From the IMG/VR virus record IMGVR_UViG_3300012352_000355, positions 47,406 through 111,405 of that record: a DNA stretch of 64,000 nt; one strand, written 5' to 3'. Made by a program: the position numbers and the translations under genes. How positions within the stretch are numbered: the first letter of the stretch is position 1; every line of letters starts with the position of its first letter. Below, piece by piece: positions 16,354 through 26,613 of this stretch. The notes beneath the pieces were generated by a model that saw only the letters and a program-made list of their open reading frames with translations, was not told the origin of the DNA and made no database searches. This DNA is from a virus.

Positions 16354-18825
16354 ATGTTAAGATACTCACTGTATAAGAAATTTGTAAACGGGGGTGGAGT
16401 AGATCCTGAGGTTGAAAAAATCCAACCAAAAGGAATTACTGCTCCTATACCTACTATGGAAGAGTACCTGTCTAACAATCAGGAATTTAGCAATACAAGT
16501 TCTTATCAAGATGCCTTTCAAATTCCTAACTTATCTCTAACAGGATTTAAGACCTCAGACTCTCCTGAAGGTACGGTAACTGATAAGCAAAAATCATATA
16601 AGCCAGGTACATTTAAAGATGAAGGTAGCTTGCCTACTTTTACTTCTATACTATCTCCGCTTAATCCTTTTGACGTAAATCAAAAAACTCCTGAAGTAGA
16701 ACAAGGTCCTTTGTCTGAAGAAGAAGCTACGATGAGAGGTATCCAAACTTCTCCTATTACTTCCACTCCAAAAGAGCAACCTAGTTTCTGGCAACAGAAT
16801 AGTTCTGCATTAGCAACTTTAGGTTTATTGGGAGTTGACTCAGGGTTTGGATATAATGAAGATCTAAAGAATCAGCAAAAATTAAACGAGTCAATACAAC
16901 AAAGAAAATCTAAGCCTGAGTACTCCTACAATTATATGTATGGTCCCACAACAGGTGGAGGTACAGAATTTCAACCTACAATAAAAGCAGAAATGGGTGC
17001 AAAAATAAACAAACGTTATGCTAGTGAAGGCATGAACGATGTAGAAATTGAAGGTGGAGAATTTATCCAACTTCCTAATCTAGATACTGAAATGGCTGAA
17101 GGGCCTTCTCACGAGAATGGAGGTATTCCTACAAACTTGCCTAATGAGACTCGTGTCTATTCTAACAATTTAAAGCCAGAAGGATCTAAGAAAACTTTTG
17201 CACAGATCGCTAAAAACTACGATATCACTTCATATAAGAAAACTTTAGATAATCCCTTTGCTAAACAAGTAGATAAGGATACTGCAAGTATAATGATGAA
17301 GAGAAACCAGAAAATTCTGGATGATTTGTTTGAAGATCAACAGATGATGAATGGTAACTCTAATGGAGAACTAGAAGCAAAGAGAGGAGCTAGTATTAAC
17401 AACCCAGGATTTAAAGCTCTTCCAGGTTACGTACAAGCTAAGATTACTGCTAACATGGCAGAGGGAGCTAAATATAAAATTCCACAGGGAGTAACAGTTA
17501 AGCAAGCAGGTGATCCTTCGATTCAGGTAGGTGATTACGTTATGGGCGCTAATAATAAAGTCCAGAAAGTCACTGCTGCAAACAAGAAGACTACTTTAGG
17601 AGAATACAATAAAGGCTATGATGATTTGTCTTCTACGTTAAGTAGACCTGAATTTGACAAAGTTAAGGAGGCTATGTACACTAAGTACAAAGAAAAGAAT
17701 CCTAGTACTACTGTATCCAAAGATCAGTTTATTAAAAACTTCATGGATGCTCAGAAGCAGATCTATACTATTAGGGAAGCTGCTAAAAATAATCCAAACC
17801 TTGATATTAAGACTGAAGACTTAGACAGAACTGCTGGTGGTATGAAGAATAAGGTTTATAATCAAATTGCAAAGCAATTAGGTTTTAATCCTTTGACTGA
17901 AGATCAAACAAAAATGTTTCAACAGTCTTACTTGGATCTTGCAGATCTCCAGAATAATCCTGAATTTAAAGAAACTCTGTCTGACTTTGATCTGACTCCT
18001 ACAGGAATGACAGATGACGTATATCTAGGAAAACCAATTTCAAAAGCAGATGCAATCTTCGGTAACACTACTATAGGACAAGCAGTAAGAGCAAAAAGTA
18101 GAAGTGACGCTCAGGACTATACTTACGAAGATGTTCCCCTAGAGACAAAAGACATTGAGTTTAATCAACCAGGAACTGCACCAAGGGGAACTTATACTCC
18201 TGGAAAGTTTCCTTTGTATCAAGCTATTCCTGAAGCAATGGGACTTGCTCAATCACAACAAATTTATCCTTATGCTATTCCTGAAATAGATGCCCCTTAT
18301 CTTCGTCCTCAAACTTTGAATATTCAAAGTGAGTTACAAAACATAGATAACATGGGTACAGCAGCTATCCGATCTGGTGCAGATCCTTTAGATGTTTATA
18401 TTGCAGGAATTGATGCTAAACAAAAAGCTTTTCAAACTAAACAAAACTATGATGCAGAAGGTAGGTCTAGAGCAGATATAGCAAATGCACAGGCTTCCTT
18501 TAGTGCAGATCAGTTCAATGCTCAAGCATTTGATCGTGTATACAATAACCTAGTAGGTCAAGCAAGAGATGCTCAGTCTGCAGAAAAACAAGCATCTATT
18601 GCAAACATGATAACTAAGAAAGGTTTGTTTGATCAGAGTGAATCTAGAAAAGCTGCATTTATTAATAACCTTGTTCCTTCATTTAACACTACCTCAAAGG
18701 GTCAGATGGATGTGGCAGAAGAACAGTTGCCATTTTATTTTAATGCTTTCAACAACTATGTAGATGCTGAAGACACTAAAAAGAAAACAGCTAAAAAAGG
18801 AATGTATAAAAAACCTAAATATTAA
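16354..18825 (+). CDS. Virion cargo/core protein
   Basis: 823 aa, no Cys seen; VEIEGGE...GPSHENGG motif of crAss-like internal proteins; position before the large cargo genes. Confidence 0.6.
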   Translation: MLRYSLYKKFVNGGGVDPEVEKIQPKGITAPIPTMEEYLSNNQEFSNTSSYQDAFQIPNLSLTGFKTSDSPEGTVTDKQKSYKPGTFKDEGSLPTFTSILSPLNPFDVNQKTPEVEQGPLSEEEATMRGIQTSPITSTPKEQPSFWQQNSSALATLGLLGVDSGFGYNEDLKNQQKLNESIQQRKSKPEYSYNYMYGPTTGGGTEFQPTIKAEMGAKINKRYASEGMNDVEIEGGEFIQLPNLDTEMAEGPSHENGGIPTNLPNETRVYSNNLKPEGSKKTFAQIAKNYDITSYKKTLDNPFAKQVDKDTASIMMKRNQKILDDLFEDQQMMNGNSNGELEAKRGASINNPGFKALPGYVQAKITANMAEGAKYKIPQGVTVKQAGDPSIQVGDYVMGANNKVQKVTAANKKTTLGEYNKGYDDLSSTLSRPEFDKVKEAMYTKYKEKNPSTTVSKDQFIKNFMDAQKQIYTIREAAKNNPNLDIKTEDLDRTAGGMKNKVYNQIAKQLGFNPLTEDQTKMFQQSYLDLADLQNNPEFKETLSDFDLTPTGMTDDVYLGKPISKADAIFGNTTIGQAVRAKSRSDAQDYTYEDVPLETKDIEFNQPGTAPRGTYTPGKFPLYQAIPEAMGLAQSQQIYPYAIPEIDAPYLRPQTLNIQSELQNIDNMGTAAIRSGADPLDVYIAGIDAKQKAFQTKQNYDAEGRSRADIANAQASFSADQFNAQAFDRVYNNLVGQARDAQSAEKQASIANMITKKGLFDQSESRKAAFINNLVPSFNTTSKGQMDVAEEQLPFYFNAFNNYVDAEDTKKKTAKKGMYKKPKY

Positions 18826-18828
18826 ACC

Positions 18829-20541
18829 ATGCCAATTTCAGCACAACATACCAAATTCGTTTATCCAGACTACATTGATCCTTTACCAGCAGATGACTTA
18901 ATCAAGTTAGCTGTTAAGAAGCAGGAGATGTTTGACGAGGGTAGATCTAAAGTACAACAAAGCATTGACGCTTATGGTAAGATTAGAAACTCTTTGGTTA
19001 GAGACGTAGACAAAGAGTACTTTGACAAAAACATGAATAACATGGTCAAAGCAATTAACCAAAATGCAGGACTAGACTTTTCTATTAAAGGAAATGTAGA
19101 TGCAGTACTTAATATAGGAAGACCCCTAGAGAATGATGCCACTCTTCTTACAGCAGTAGACTCTGCAAAAACTTATAATAGTATGATGGAAGAGTATAGA
19201 AAATTGGACACTAAGTACAAGAGTCCAGTTAACGACTACTTCTTTTTTCAGGATATAGCTAAGTGGAAAAACAACGGAGATGTTAATAGTAAACTTAACT
19301 ACCAAGCCTACAAACCTTATCAAGAGGGCACAGGTAAAAAGTATGGAGAAGTTCTTACTAAGATTAAACCTAATATTGAAACTCGTTTTGAGTTTACACC
19401 AGATGGAAGACGTATACAAAAAACTGTGATAAGTAGTGTGGATCAAGGTCGTATTAGAGACGCTTACATGTCCTCGTTAACACCTGCAGAACTTGAACAG
19501 TTGCAGATGGATGCTACCTACAAGTATATGAATTCTAACCAAGATGCAGCTAAGCAACAGTATCTAGGTCACATAAATGAAACACTACAACTTAGTCAAG
19601 CACAGATCGAAGACTTAGAAGGAAAGAAAGCAATTGCTAAACAAAAAAATATTCCTTCTGATGATCCAAGAATGTTAGATATTGATAGAAGTCTTTCTAA
19701 GGCTTACATGCAAAGAGACGTTCTAAGTCAAAGAGCATCAAGAGGTTTAGGTGAAGTCCCAGACAATGAAGTTATCAACTTTATGCAGGACCAAACTATC
19801 TTTGATGCAAGTAATGCTTACGCTTACCAGCAAGTAGAGAAAGATCTAGATGTAGATCAGTATGCTCTTAAAGCCTATGAGTCTAACTTGAGGGTCCAAG
19901 AAGAGGTAACTCTTGATAGACTAGGACTAAGTACTAAAGCAAAAGAAGGTAAGGTTCCTTTGCCTCCTGGAAGCTTTGAGGTAGATGGTTCTTTTATGGG
20001 TGATACTGAAAGCGTAACAGGAGAAGGAAAGACTATGACCCTTAAGAATGATCTTTTGGCTGGAGTAGGAACTAATGATACTCAGAAGCAAGCACAGCTT
20101 ATGGTAGCCCTTAAGAAGTTATTGTCTAGAGGAGTAGATCAGTCAGGTAAAGACATTCCTATTACTGTCAAAGACGCATTGCTTAGGTCAGTACTAAGTG
20201 GTACCTGGAATGAACAAGATGCTAAAGTAATTAAAGCTACTTTTGGAGACAACGCTAAGTACGAAAAGACCCTTAAAAACTTGAAGAGTATTGCTACTAG
20301 TCTATATGATATACAAGACAGAAATGGTAATATTGTAGACATAAGTCAGTTGAATGCAAGAGACGCTAACATGGGATCAGGTTATACCTTAGTACCTAAA
20401 GAAGCTTCAAAAGCAGAAGAATACTTTGTTACTGATGCTGGTGGGTTTGGATTTAAATACGAGTTAGGCGAGTTAGAAAATCTAGACGCAATGACTTTAT
20501 TTAACCTACAAGATATCAGAAGAATTAAACCGCCCAAATAA
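18829..20541 (+). CDS. Virion cargo protein
   Basis: 570 aa, helical, no Cys seen; N-terminal YIDPLP...KQEMFD pattern; synteny. Confidence 0.55.
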   Translation: MPISAQHTKFVYPDYIDPLPADDLIKLAVKKQEMFDEGRSKVQQSIDAYGKIRNSLVRDVDKEYFDKNMNNMVKAINQNAGLDFSIKGNVDAVLNIGRPLENDATLLTAVDSAKTYNSMMEEYRKLDTKYKSPVNDYFFFQDIAKWKNNGDVNSKLNYQAYKPYQEGTGKKYGEVLTKIKPNIETRFEFTPDGRRIQKTVISSVDQGRIRDAYMSSLTPAELEQLQMDATYKYMNSNQDAAKQQYLGHINETLQLSQAQIEDLEGKKAIAKQKNIPSDDPRMLDIDRSLSKAYMQRDVLSQRASRGLGEVPDNEVINFMQDQTIFDASNAYAYQQVEKDLDVDQYALKAYESNLRVQEEVTLDRLGLSTKAKEGKVPLPPGSFEVDGSFMGDTESVTGEGKTMTLKNDLLAGVGTNDTQKQAQLMVALKKLLSRGVDQSGKDIPITVKDALLRSVLSGTWNEQDAKVIKATFGDNAKYEKTLKNLKSIATSLYDIQDRNGNIVDISQLNARDANMGSGYTLVPKEASKAEEYFVTDAGGFGFKYELGELENLDAMTLFNLQDIRRIKPPK

Positions 20542-20549
20542 AAACAAAA

Positions 20550-23500
20550 ATGCCTAATAAATACCAAGCAAACTTAGGTCCCCTTTCAAAGTCCCTAGCA
20601 GGTGCTGCACCTGGGGATATGAGAGAAAGATTTAATACTCTTATTCCTTTAGATGTTCAGAACTCCTTTCAACAGAAAGCTGAGTTAGCTGTCTTAGAAC
20701 AAGACAGACTAGATCAACAAAAAGGACTACAAGAACAAAGAAATCTAAAGCTAAATTCTCTTAAGAGTTTATATAGGCAAGCTATGCCTAATCCTCAGTT
20801 TGCTGATAGAGCTGCGTCTTCTGTTTTTGATAGAATAGAAAATGCTAGTTCTAAACAAGAACTAAACGATATCTACTCTGAGATTGAAAGCATAAGAGAA
20901 AAGGCTCAGGACAATTCTTTTTTGTTTGATGGTTTAGAGACTGTTGTAGGTTTAGCTCAAGGTCTGTCTTCTTTTGGGGAAAGTTTCTTTAGGGGTAAAG
21001 AATCTTTAATAGACCAAAAGAAAAAAACCCTTACCCAAGCTAATGCAGACTTAACGGATATTTCTGGATCAATTATTCCTCAAGATCTATTTAGTCAAGG
21101 TATTGCAGCTATTAAAGAAGCAGAGTTTACTAACTACGGTAAACAAACTATAAATCAATTCGGAAGTCCTAAAGGTCTATATGATGCTTTGAGTAAAGCA
21201 AGGATGGGCACTAAGGCTGCTTATAATAACTTCGATGACTTTGTTAAGCCAAGACTTGAGGATGCTTTTGCTACTAAAGGACATTACTTATACAGAGAAG
21301 GAGAAGAAGCACCTCAGTTTCAACAAGAAGCGAGAACAGCTTTTGCTAATCCTACTAAAGATCAAACAGCTGCAAACTTTAAACATGATCTAGAAAAAGA
21401 ATCTCTATCCTCGGTTAAGTCTGCTATTATGGGAGACTTACAGAAAGAACTGTTGAAACCTAGAGATGCTGTAGATTACAATCCAGACAATATCAAGTAT
21501 CTTAGAAACTCTTTATCTATTGTAGATCAAAGATTAAACTCTCTTGATCAAGTTTATAAAGTAGACAAGTACGCTTCTGATGCAGAAAAGACTTTATTTG
21601 GCGAAGGTAGTTCTGCAAGAAGAAGTGTTATAAAAGCTTTTGGGGATACTCTTCCAGGTAAACTTATACAGGATAAATTATTTAATGCTAGTGACTTCTC
21701 ACAAGCTGTATTTAGTGAGGCATTTTACAAGCCTGATATAATTACTTACGATAAGGACAATAGACCTGTTATGTCTAATCAGTTTATGTATACTAAAGCC
21801 GATGGCTCTAGAGCATTTAACTGGGGATCTATTCCTGAGGCAGGTGGAGCTATGGTAGCTCAGATGATTCCAATTATTGCAGGAGGTGCTTTAGTTGAGG
21901 GAGTAGTTAGTGGAGTAGCTGCAGCAGAGTTAGGAGCTATCTCTAGTGGTGCTGCTGGCATCTCTCGTGCATATGATGCTTTAAATAAAGTATCTGCTTT
22001 AGGTAATGAACTTAAATTAGCAGACAGAGCTGCAACCTTTGCTTCGGTAGCAGCTAATACTATTCCTCATTTTGTAGAACAAGAAAAAAGATGGGGAGGA
22101 GACTATGTAAAGAGAGGTCTTGCAGGAGGTATAGTAGAGGCAACAGCTGAAGCAATTGGATTCCCTGATGTTGGGGCTCTTAAAATGCGTCCTGTAACTA
22201 CTACGTTAGCTTCTTCTGCTATGAGAGCAGCTAAGTTAGAACTTAACTTTGGACAACGCTTAGGCTCTTACTTGAATAACACTTATCAGTTTGCTAAGCT
22301 AGGAGCTAAACAGAATGCCGTAGAAGCATTAGAAGAAGAAATTTCTTTGTTAGGTAATGCAATTGTACAGAATGGCATTATGCCAGAAGAGTATGCACTT
22401 AGGGACAAAGAACAAGTAACAGCTAAAAGTCTTACTGATACCTTGGTTGAGTCTTTTGCAGCAGGACTTATTTATAGCTTTGGTACTGTAGGTGCAGGAG
22501 GATATGCTTACACTAGACCTGAAAACTTACAAAGACAATCTAATTGGGAAGCAGCAAATAATCCAGAATTGTTTATTGCTAAACTACAAGACCTAAAAGA
22601 TAAAGGTAAAATATCTGATCAAGACTTTGTACAAGGAATAGCTAAGGTTCGTACTCTAGAGGGAACTATGAAGTCATTAGTAGGTTTTGATAATATTAGA
22701 GATTTAAAAACTCTTAACCTAGACAAGGACGAGCAGTTTGCTTTGTTTACAAACGTACTAAGACGTAATGAACTTCTAGAAATAGATCTTGATTCAATGT
22801 CTGATACAGAGAAGGAAGCATTTGCTAACTACAAAGCTGGCAATATACTTGCAGAGGAGTCAAGAAAGAGACAGAGACTTATCAGAAAACAGTTAGCTGA
22901 ATTTGATCGTAACCCTGAACCTACAAAGGAAGAACAGAAAGAACGAGAAAGACTTACCGAACTCTACGCTAAACTAAAGAGAGGAGATATCCAATATATA
23001 AATAAAGGAAGTATCTCAGAAGAAGATAAAAAGTATTTCTACGAAGCTGGTTTGTTGACAGATACTGATCTCCAAGTTTCACAGGAAGACATAGACAAAG
23101 AAATTGACTCTATTAACAAGTCAATCCTTAAGACACAAAAGAGAATTGATCGCTATGCTAATCTAACTAATTCCGAAAAGAACGAAATTATTAGAAAGGT
23201 ATACGATGAGAAGATTGAAGCTGTACTTAAAGTAGACAGTGCTGCTGACCTAGTGGAGTCTAGAATTAATCTTCAAAAAGATTTAGACTATCTTAGATTA
23301 AAAGGAGAGGAAGAAGTTCCTGGCCAAGTAGAACATAAAGAAAGACTACTTGATGCTTATGGAAAACAAATGAACGATCTTGTTAACGAGAGAGATGAGT
23401 TTGGTCAGAATAAAGTAGAACAAAAAGTAAGTAACTTTGATGCTAACACCCTAGAGCAAGCAGGCGATCTCTTTGGTATACAGGAAGCTTATGAGTATGC

Positions 23501-26500
23501 TAAAGCAAACAAAGATCATATAAACTCAGACCTCTACACTACAGTAACTGAGAATCTTGCTGACAGTAACAAGAGAGCACAAGAAGCCATCGCTATAGCA
23601 GAACCTGAAGTACGTACTCAAGTACTTACAAACTTCTTAGACAAGGCAGTAGCTTTTAAGACTAATTACGCATATAACGTTGATCTAGTAAACAAAATAT
23701 TTCCATTAGTAGAATATACCCAAGAGGAGTTAGATCAGGCAAGAGAAGCGCTTATACAGAGAAGGGCTCAAAAGAAATCTCAACAGATACTAGATACACA
23801 AGTAGTAGAAGGAGGAGAGACAGAGAAAGAAGAACAAGCGGAATTTAGTAATATTGCTAATCAAGTTGCAAGTACTCCTGAAGTAGTGAGTGAGTCAGGA
23901 GAGTCTAATAGAGACGAGATGTATCTTGCTGGTTATAATCGTATGATTGACAGAGCAAAGGCTAGTCCTCTAGGATTTGCTAAGGCATTTGAGTTAGCAG
24001 TTAAGAACAGGTTGTCTTCAGTGTTTACTCAAAATACTAAAGACTACAATACTTTAATTAATGCATTAGATGATCTCTTAGATAAAAAGATTACTCCAGA
24101 AGAATTTAGAAATATTTACTTAAATGTTTGGAGAGAGAACAAAGGAAACGAGAATAAACAAAATGCAGTTATATTCCTTAAGTTTATTGCAGATAGGTAT
24201 TTCCTTAACGACATGCCTGCAGATAGAGTAAGTAGTAGAACTACTCCCACTGCACCTATCACTCCAACTCCTGCTCCAGTTACTCCTAGTCCTGCTAAAA
24301 CAACAACTAGTAAAAATGCCCCTACTCCTAAGCAAGGAACCAAGGTAGATAAACTAAACAACGAAGTAACTCAACAAGTACAAGCAAGACTTACCCAACT
24401 AGAATCCTTGGCTTCTCCATTAAGAACAGTTGCAGTAGAATACAATGCAGCTAATCAGAAGTCAACAGATCCTGCTACACTACGTAATGTAGCTTTAATA
24501 GAATACATAGCTACTACTCCAGGTGTAAGAATGAGAGTAATGAATAGAAAGTTGTTTCTCCTTAATCATATTGTAGAAAACAACGAAACTATTAACACAG
24601 AAGCAGAAGCTTTAGTTGAGTTTAACAAGATTGCTGATCATATCTCAGAAAACAATATGTCTTTAGATACTTGGAATAGTTTATCTGATGAAGATCTAGA
24701 CTTGTTATTAGCTCCATTAGATCTCATTCTAGGTAAAAATTTCTTTGACAAAGGCAACTTAAGATTCTTCTTTACTTCTGTAGATGCAAAGTTTAAAGGA
24801 GGTAAAGTATATCCAGTAGGTACAGGTTTGTTTGTCGATCCTCAAGTTATTATCACAGCAGTAGACGAAGATGGAAATACTATATTGAAAGATGGATTGC
24901 CACTCGAATTAAACTTTCCTAGGATAGAAGCACAGGGTTTTAGAATTAGCGAAAGAGTAGAAAATGATTACGAAGAGTTAGGAGGAGATAAAGAAAACCT
25001 AAGAAGTAAAAACCAAGCTAACTACGAAAGGATGTTGGCTATGACTAAGCTAATTAAAGCTGCAAACTCTTTTGCTGATACTTTACCTAGTCTAGACTTC
25101 GATCACAGTGTATCTTCTGGTGTAATGCTTGAAGCTCCTATAACTAGCTACAAGGTTGGTAATGAGGTAGAGGTAGATAATGTACAGAAAGCAGGTATCG
25201 CAGAATTTAAAATTGCAGAGGATCCTAGGGAACCTATATTTGGTAAAAACTATTCTTTCCGTAAAGGTCGTGTTTATTTTAATAACAACGGTAATCCTAC
25301 CTTGTTAACAAACAACAAGATAGATCCACAAGAAGCAGATGCTCTTGCTGACTTGTATTTCTCGGAGGAGAATCCATACTTCAGTAGTCCTAAAGAGGCA
25401 GAAGAATATTTGTTTAACTTGATTAACCAAGTAAATAAGAAAGATCGTTTACACTTCTTTGTGAATGAGGAGTATCCTGGTCCAGGTCAGTTCCCTGTAA
25501 TCATTGTAAAATCTACAGGTACTGCTACAGGCTTTAAAAATGAAGTGCTAACAAAAGAAGAATTTGCTAAGGAATTAAAGAATCATTACTACAAAGCAAG
25601 TTTAGCTCTAATGAGAAGTGGAGAACCTATTATGAGATTTAAACCCTCTGGCATGGTTACTCAGTCTTATTCACAGTATATAAAAGACACTCATAACTTC
25701 CCAATTCAAGACGGTCAAGTAGCTATGCCAGTAAACAAGGTAATCTACTTAGCTCCAGAATCTTTAGAAAAGCAGTTTCCTGAAATTACAGGAACAGCTC
25801 CTAAAGCTCCTGAGGTACCAAAAACTCCTACGCCTTCACCTACTGCGCCTAAACCTAGTATGGTAGTAGCAGGAGTACAGAATAAAGTTAAGAACCTTTC
25901 TATACTTCCCTTTGATAGAGCATTATCTGCGGCACAGAAAAGTCCAGGTGCTGACTACTTAGTTGATCCTATGCAAAAAGTAGGAGAAGAGTTCTATAAC
26001 ATAGCACTAAACACTGTTCTAGCTGATCCTACTAAACTTACTGATATCTACTATTTTAAGTTGGTAAGAGAACCAGGAGTACCAGCTGTTAGTATTGAGA
26101 GAAGGAAATATGATCCTGAAGATGCTGATGCTGTTTACGCTTCACACTTTTTAGGCAGAGTCAACGTAGAAGGTAGAGAAAAACCTGTTACAGTTATTCT
26201 TGTTGATCCTAATGTTCCTTTTGGAAAGACTTATGGTACCCCAAGAATAATGGCTACTATAGATCTTGCCAATCCTCAGGAAGCTGTTATTCAAACCTAT
26301 CAGCAGTTTACTAATCCTGCACCTGTACCTACTCCAGCACCTGTTACTCCTGCTCCTACTAAACGTTCTATGAGTGCTTTAAATGCTATGCGTGTAGGTG
26401 AAGTTGAGAAAGTAGAACAAGCAAGCGATTCTCCCTTCAGTGATGCTTTGTTAGACGAAGATGAGTTGAGAGCACAAGCAAAAGAATCTAAAGAGGCTTG

Positions 26501-26528
26501 TAAAGGAGACTTAGACGATTTAGCTTAA
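20550..26528 (+). CDS. Large ejected cargo protein with hydrophobic (channel-forming?) segments
   Basis: 1992 aa with Gly/Ala-rich hydrophobic stretches, an EALEEE motif, coiled coils and three Pro/Thr linkers; directly upstream of the vRNAP gene. Confidence 0.65.
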   Translation: MPNKYQANLGPLSKSLAGAAPGDMRERFNTLIPLDVQNSFQQKAELAVLEQDRLDQQKGLQEQRNLKLNSLKSLYRQAMPNPQFADRAASSVFDRIENASSKQELNDIYSEIESIREKAQDNSFLFDGLETVVGLAQGLSSFGESFFRGKESLIDQKKKTLTQANADLTDISGSIIPQDLFSQGIAAIKEAEFTNYGKQTINQFGSPKGLYDALSKARMGTKAAYNNFDDFVKPRLEDAFATKGHYLYREGEEAPQFQQEARTAFANPTKDQTAANFKHDLEKESLSSVKSAIMGDLQKELLKPRDAVDYNPDNIKYLRNSLSIVDQRLNSLDQVYKVDKYASDAEKTLFGEGSSARRSVIKAFGDTLPGKLIQDKLFNASDFSQAVFSEAFYKPDIITYDKDNRPVMSNQFMYTKADGSRAFNWGSIPEAGGAMVAQMIPIIAGGALVEGVVSGVAAAELGAISSGAAGISRAYDALNKVSALGNELKLADRAATFASVAANTIPHFVEQEKRWGGDYVKRGLAGGIVEATAEAIGFPDVGALKMRPVTTTLASSAMRAAKLELNFGQRLGSYLNNTYQFAKLGAKQNAVEALEEEISLLGNAIVQNGIMPEEYALRDKEQVTAKSLTDTLVESFAAGLIYSFGTVGAGGYAYTRPENLQRQSNWEAANNPELFIAKLQDLKDKGKISDQDFVQGIAKVRTLEGTMKSLVGFDNIRDLKTLNLDKDEQFALFTNVLRRNELLEIDLDSMSDTEKEAFANYKAGNILAEESRKRQRLIRKQLAEFDRNPEPTKEEQKERERLTELYAKLKRGDIQYINKGSISEEDKKYFYEAGLLTDTDLQVSQEDIDKEIDSINKSILKTQKRIDRYANLTNSEKNEIIRKVYDEKIEAVLKVDSAADLVESRINLQKDLDYLRLKGEEEVPGQVEHKERLLDAYGKQMNDLVNERDEFGQNKVEQKVSNFDANTLEQAGDLFGIQEAYEYAKANKDHINSDLYTTVTENLADSNKRAQEAIAIAEPEVRTQVLTNFLDKAVAFKTNYAYNVDLVNKIFPLVEYTQEELDQAREALIQRRAQKKSQQILDTQVVEGGETEKEEQAEFSNIANQVASTPEVVSESGESNRDEMYLAGYNRMIDRAKASPLGFAKAFELAVKNRLSSVFTQNTKDYNTLINALDDLLDKKITPEEFRNIYLNVWRENKGNENKQNAVIFLKFIADRYFLNDMPADRVSSRTTPTAPITPTPAPVTPSPAKTTTSKNAPTPKQGTKVDKLNNEVTQQVQARLTQLESLASPLRTVAVEYNAANQKSTDPATLRNVALIEYIATTPGVRMRVMNRKLFLLNHIVENNETINTEAEALVEFNKIADHISENNMSLDTWNSLSDEDLDLLLAPLDLILGKNFFDKGNLRFFFTSVDAKFKGGKVYPVGTGLFVDPQVIITAVDEDGNTILKDGLPLELNFPRIEAQGFRISERVENDYEELGGDKENLRSKNQANYERMLAMTKLIKAANSFADTLPSLDFDHSVSSGVMLEAPITSYKVGNEVEVDNVQKAGIAEFKIAEDPREPIFGKNYSFRKGRVYFNNNGNPTLLTNNKIDPQEADALADLYFSEENPYFSSPKEAEEYLFNLINQVNKKDRLHFFVNEEYPGPGQFPVIIVKSTGTATGFKNEVLTKEEFAKELKNHYYKASLALMRSGEPIMRFKPSGMVTQSYSQYIKDTHNFPIQDGQVAMPVNKVIYLAPESLEKQFPEITGTAPKAPEVPKTPTPSPTAPKPSMVVAGVQNKVKNLSILPFDRALSAAQKSPGADYLVDPMQKVGEEFYNIALNTVLADPTKLTDIYYFKLVREPGVPAVSIERRKYDPEDADAVYASHFLGRVNVEGREKPVTVILVDPNVPFGKTYGTPRIMATIDLANPQEAVIQTYQQFTNPAPVPTPAPVTPAPTKRSMSALNAMRVGEVEKVEQASDSPFSDALLDEDELRAQAKESKEACKGDLDDLA

Positions 26529-26533
26529 CATAA

Positions 26534-26566
26534 TTGAAGCATACTTTCAATAACGTATTATATTTG
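26534..26566 (+). promoter_or_regulatory. Bacteroidota-type promoter upstream of the vRNAP gene
   Basis: TTG(26534-36)-N22-TATATTTG(26559-66). Confidence 0.65.
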
Positions 26567-26613
26567 TAATACACCCAGTAAACATTAATCTATAGTATTA
26601 ACTAACATAAGAA

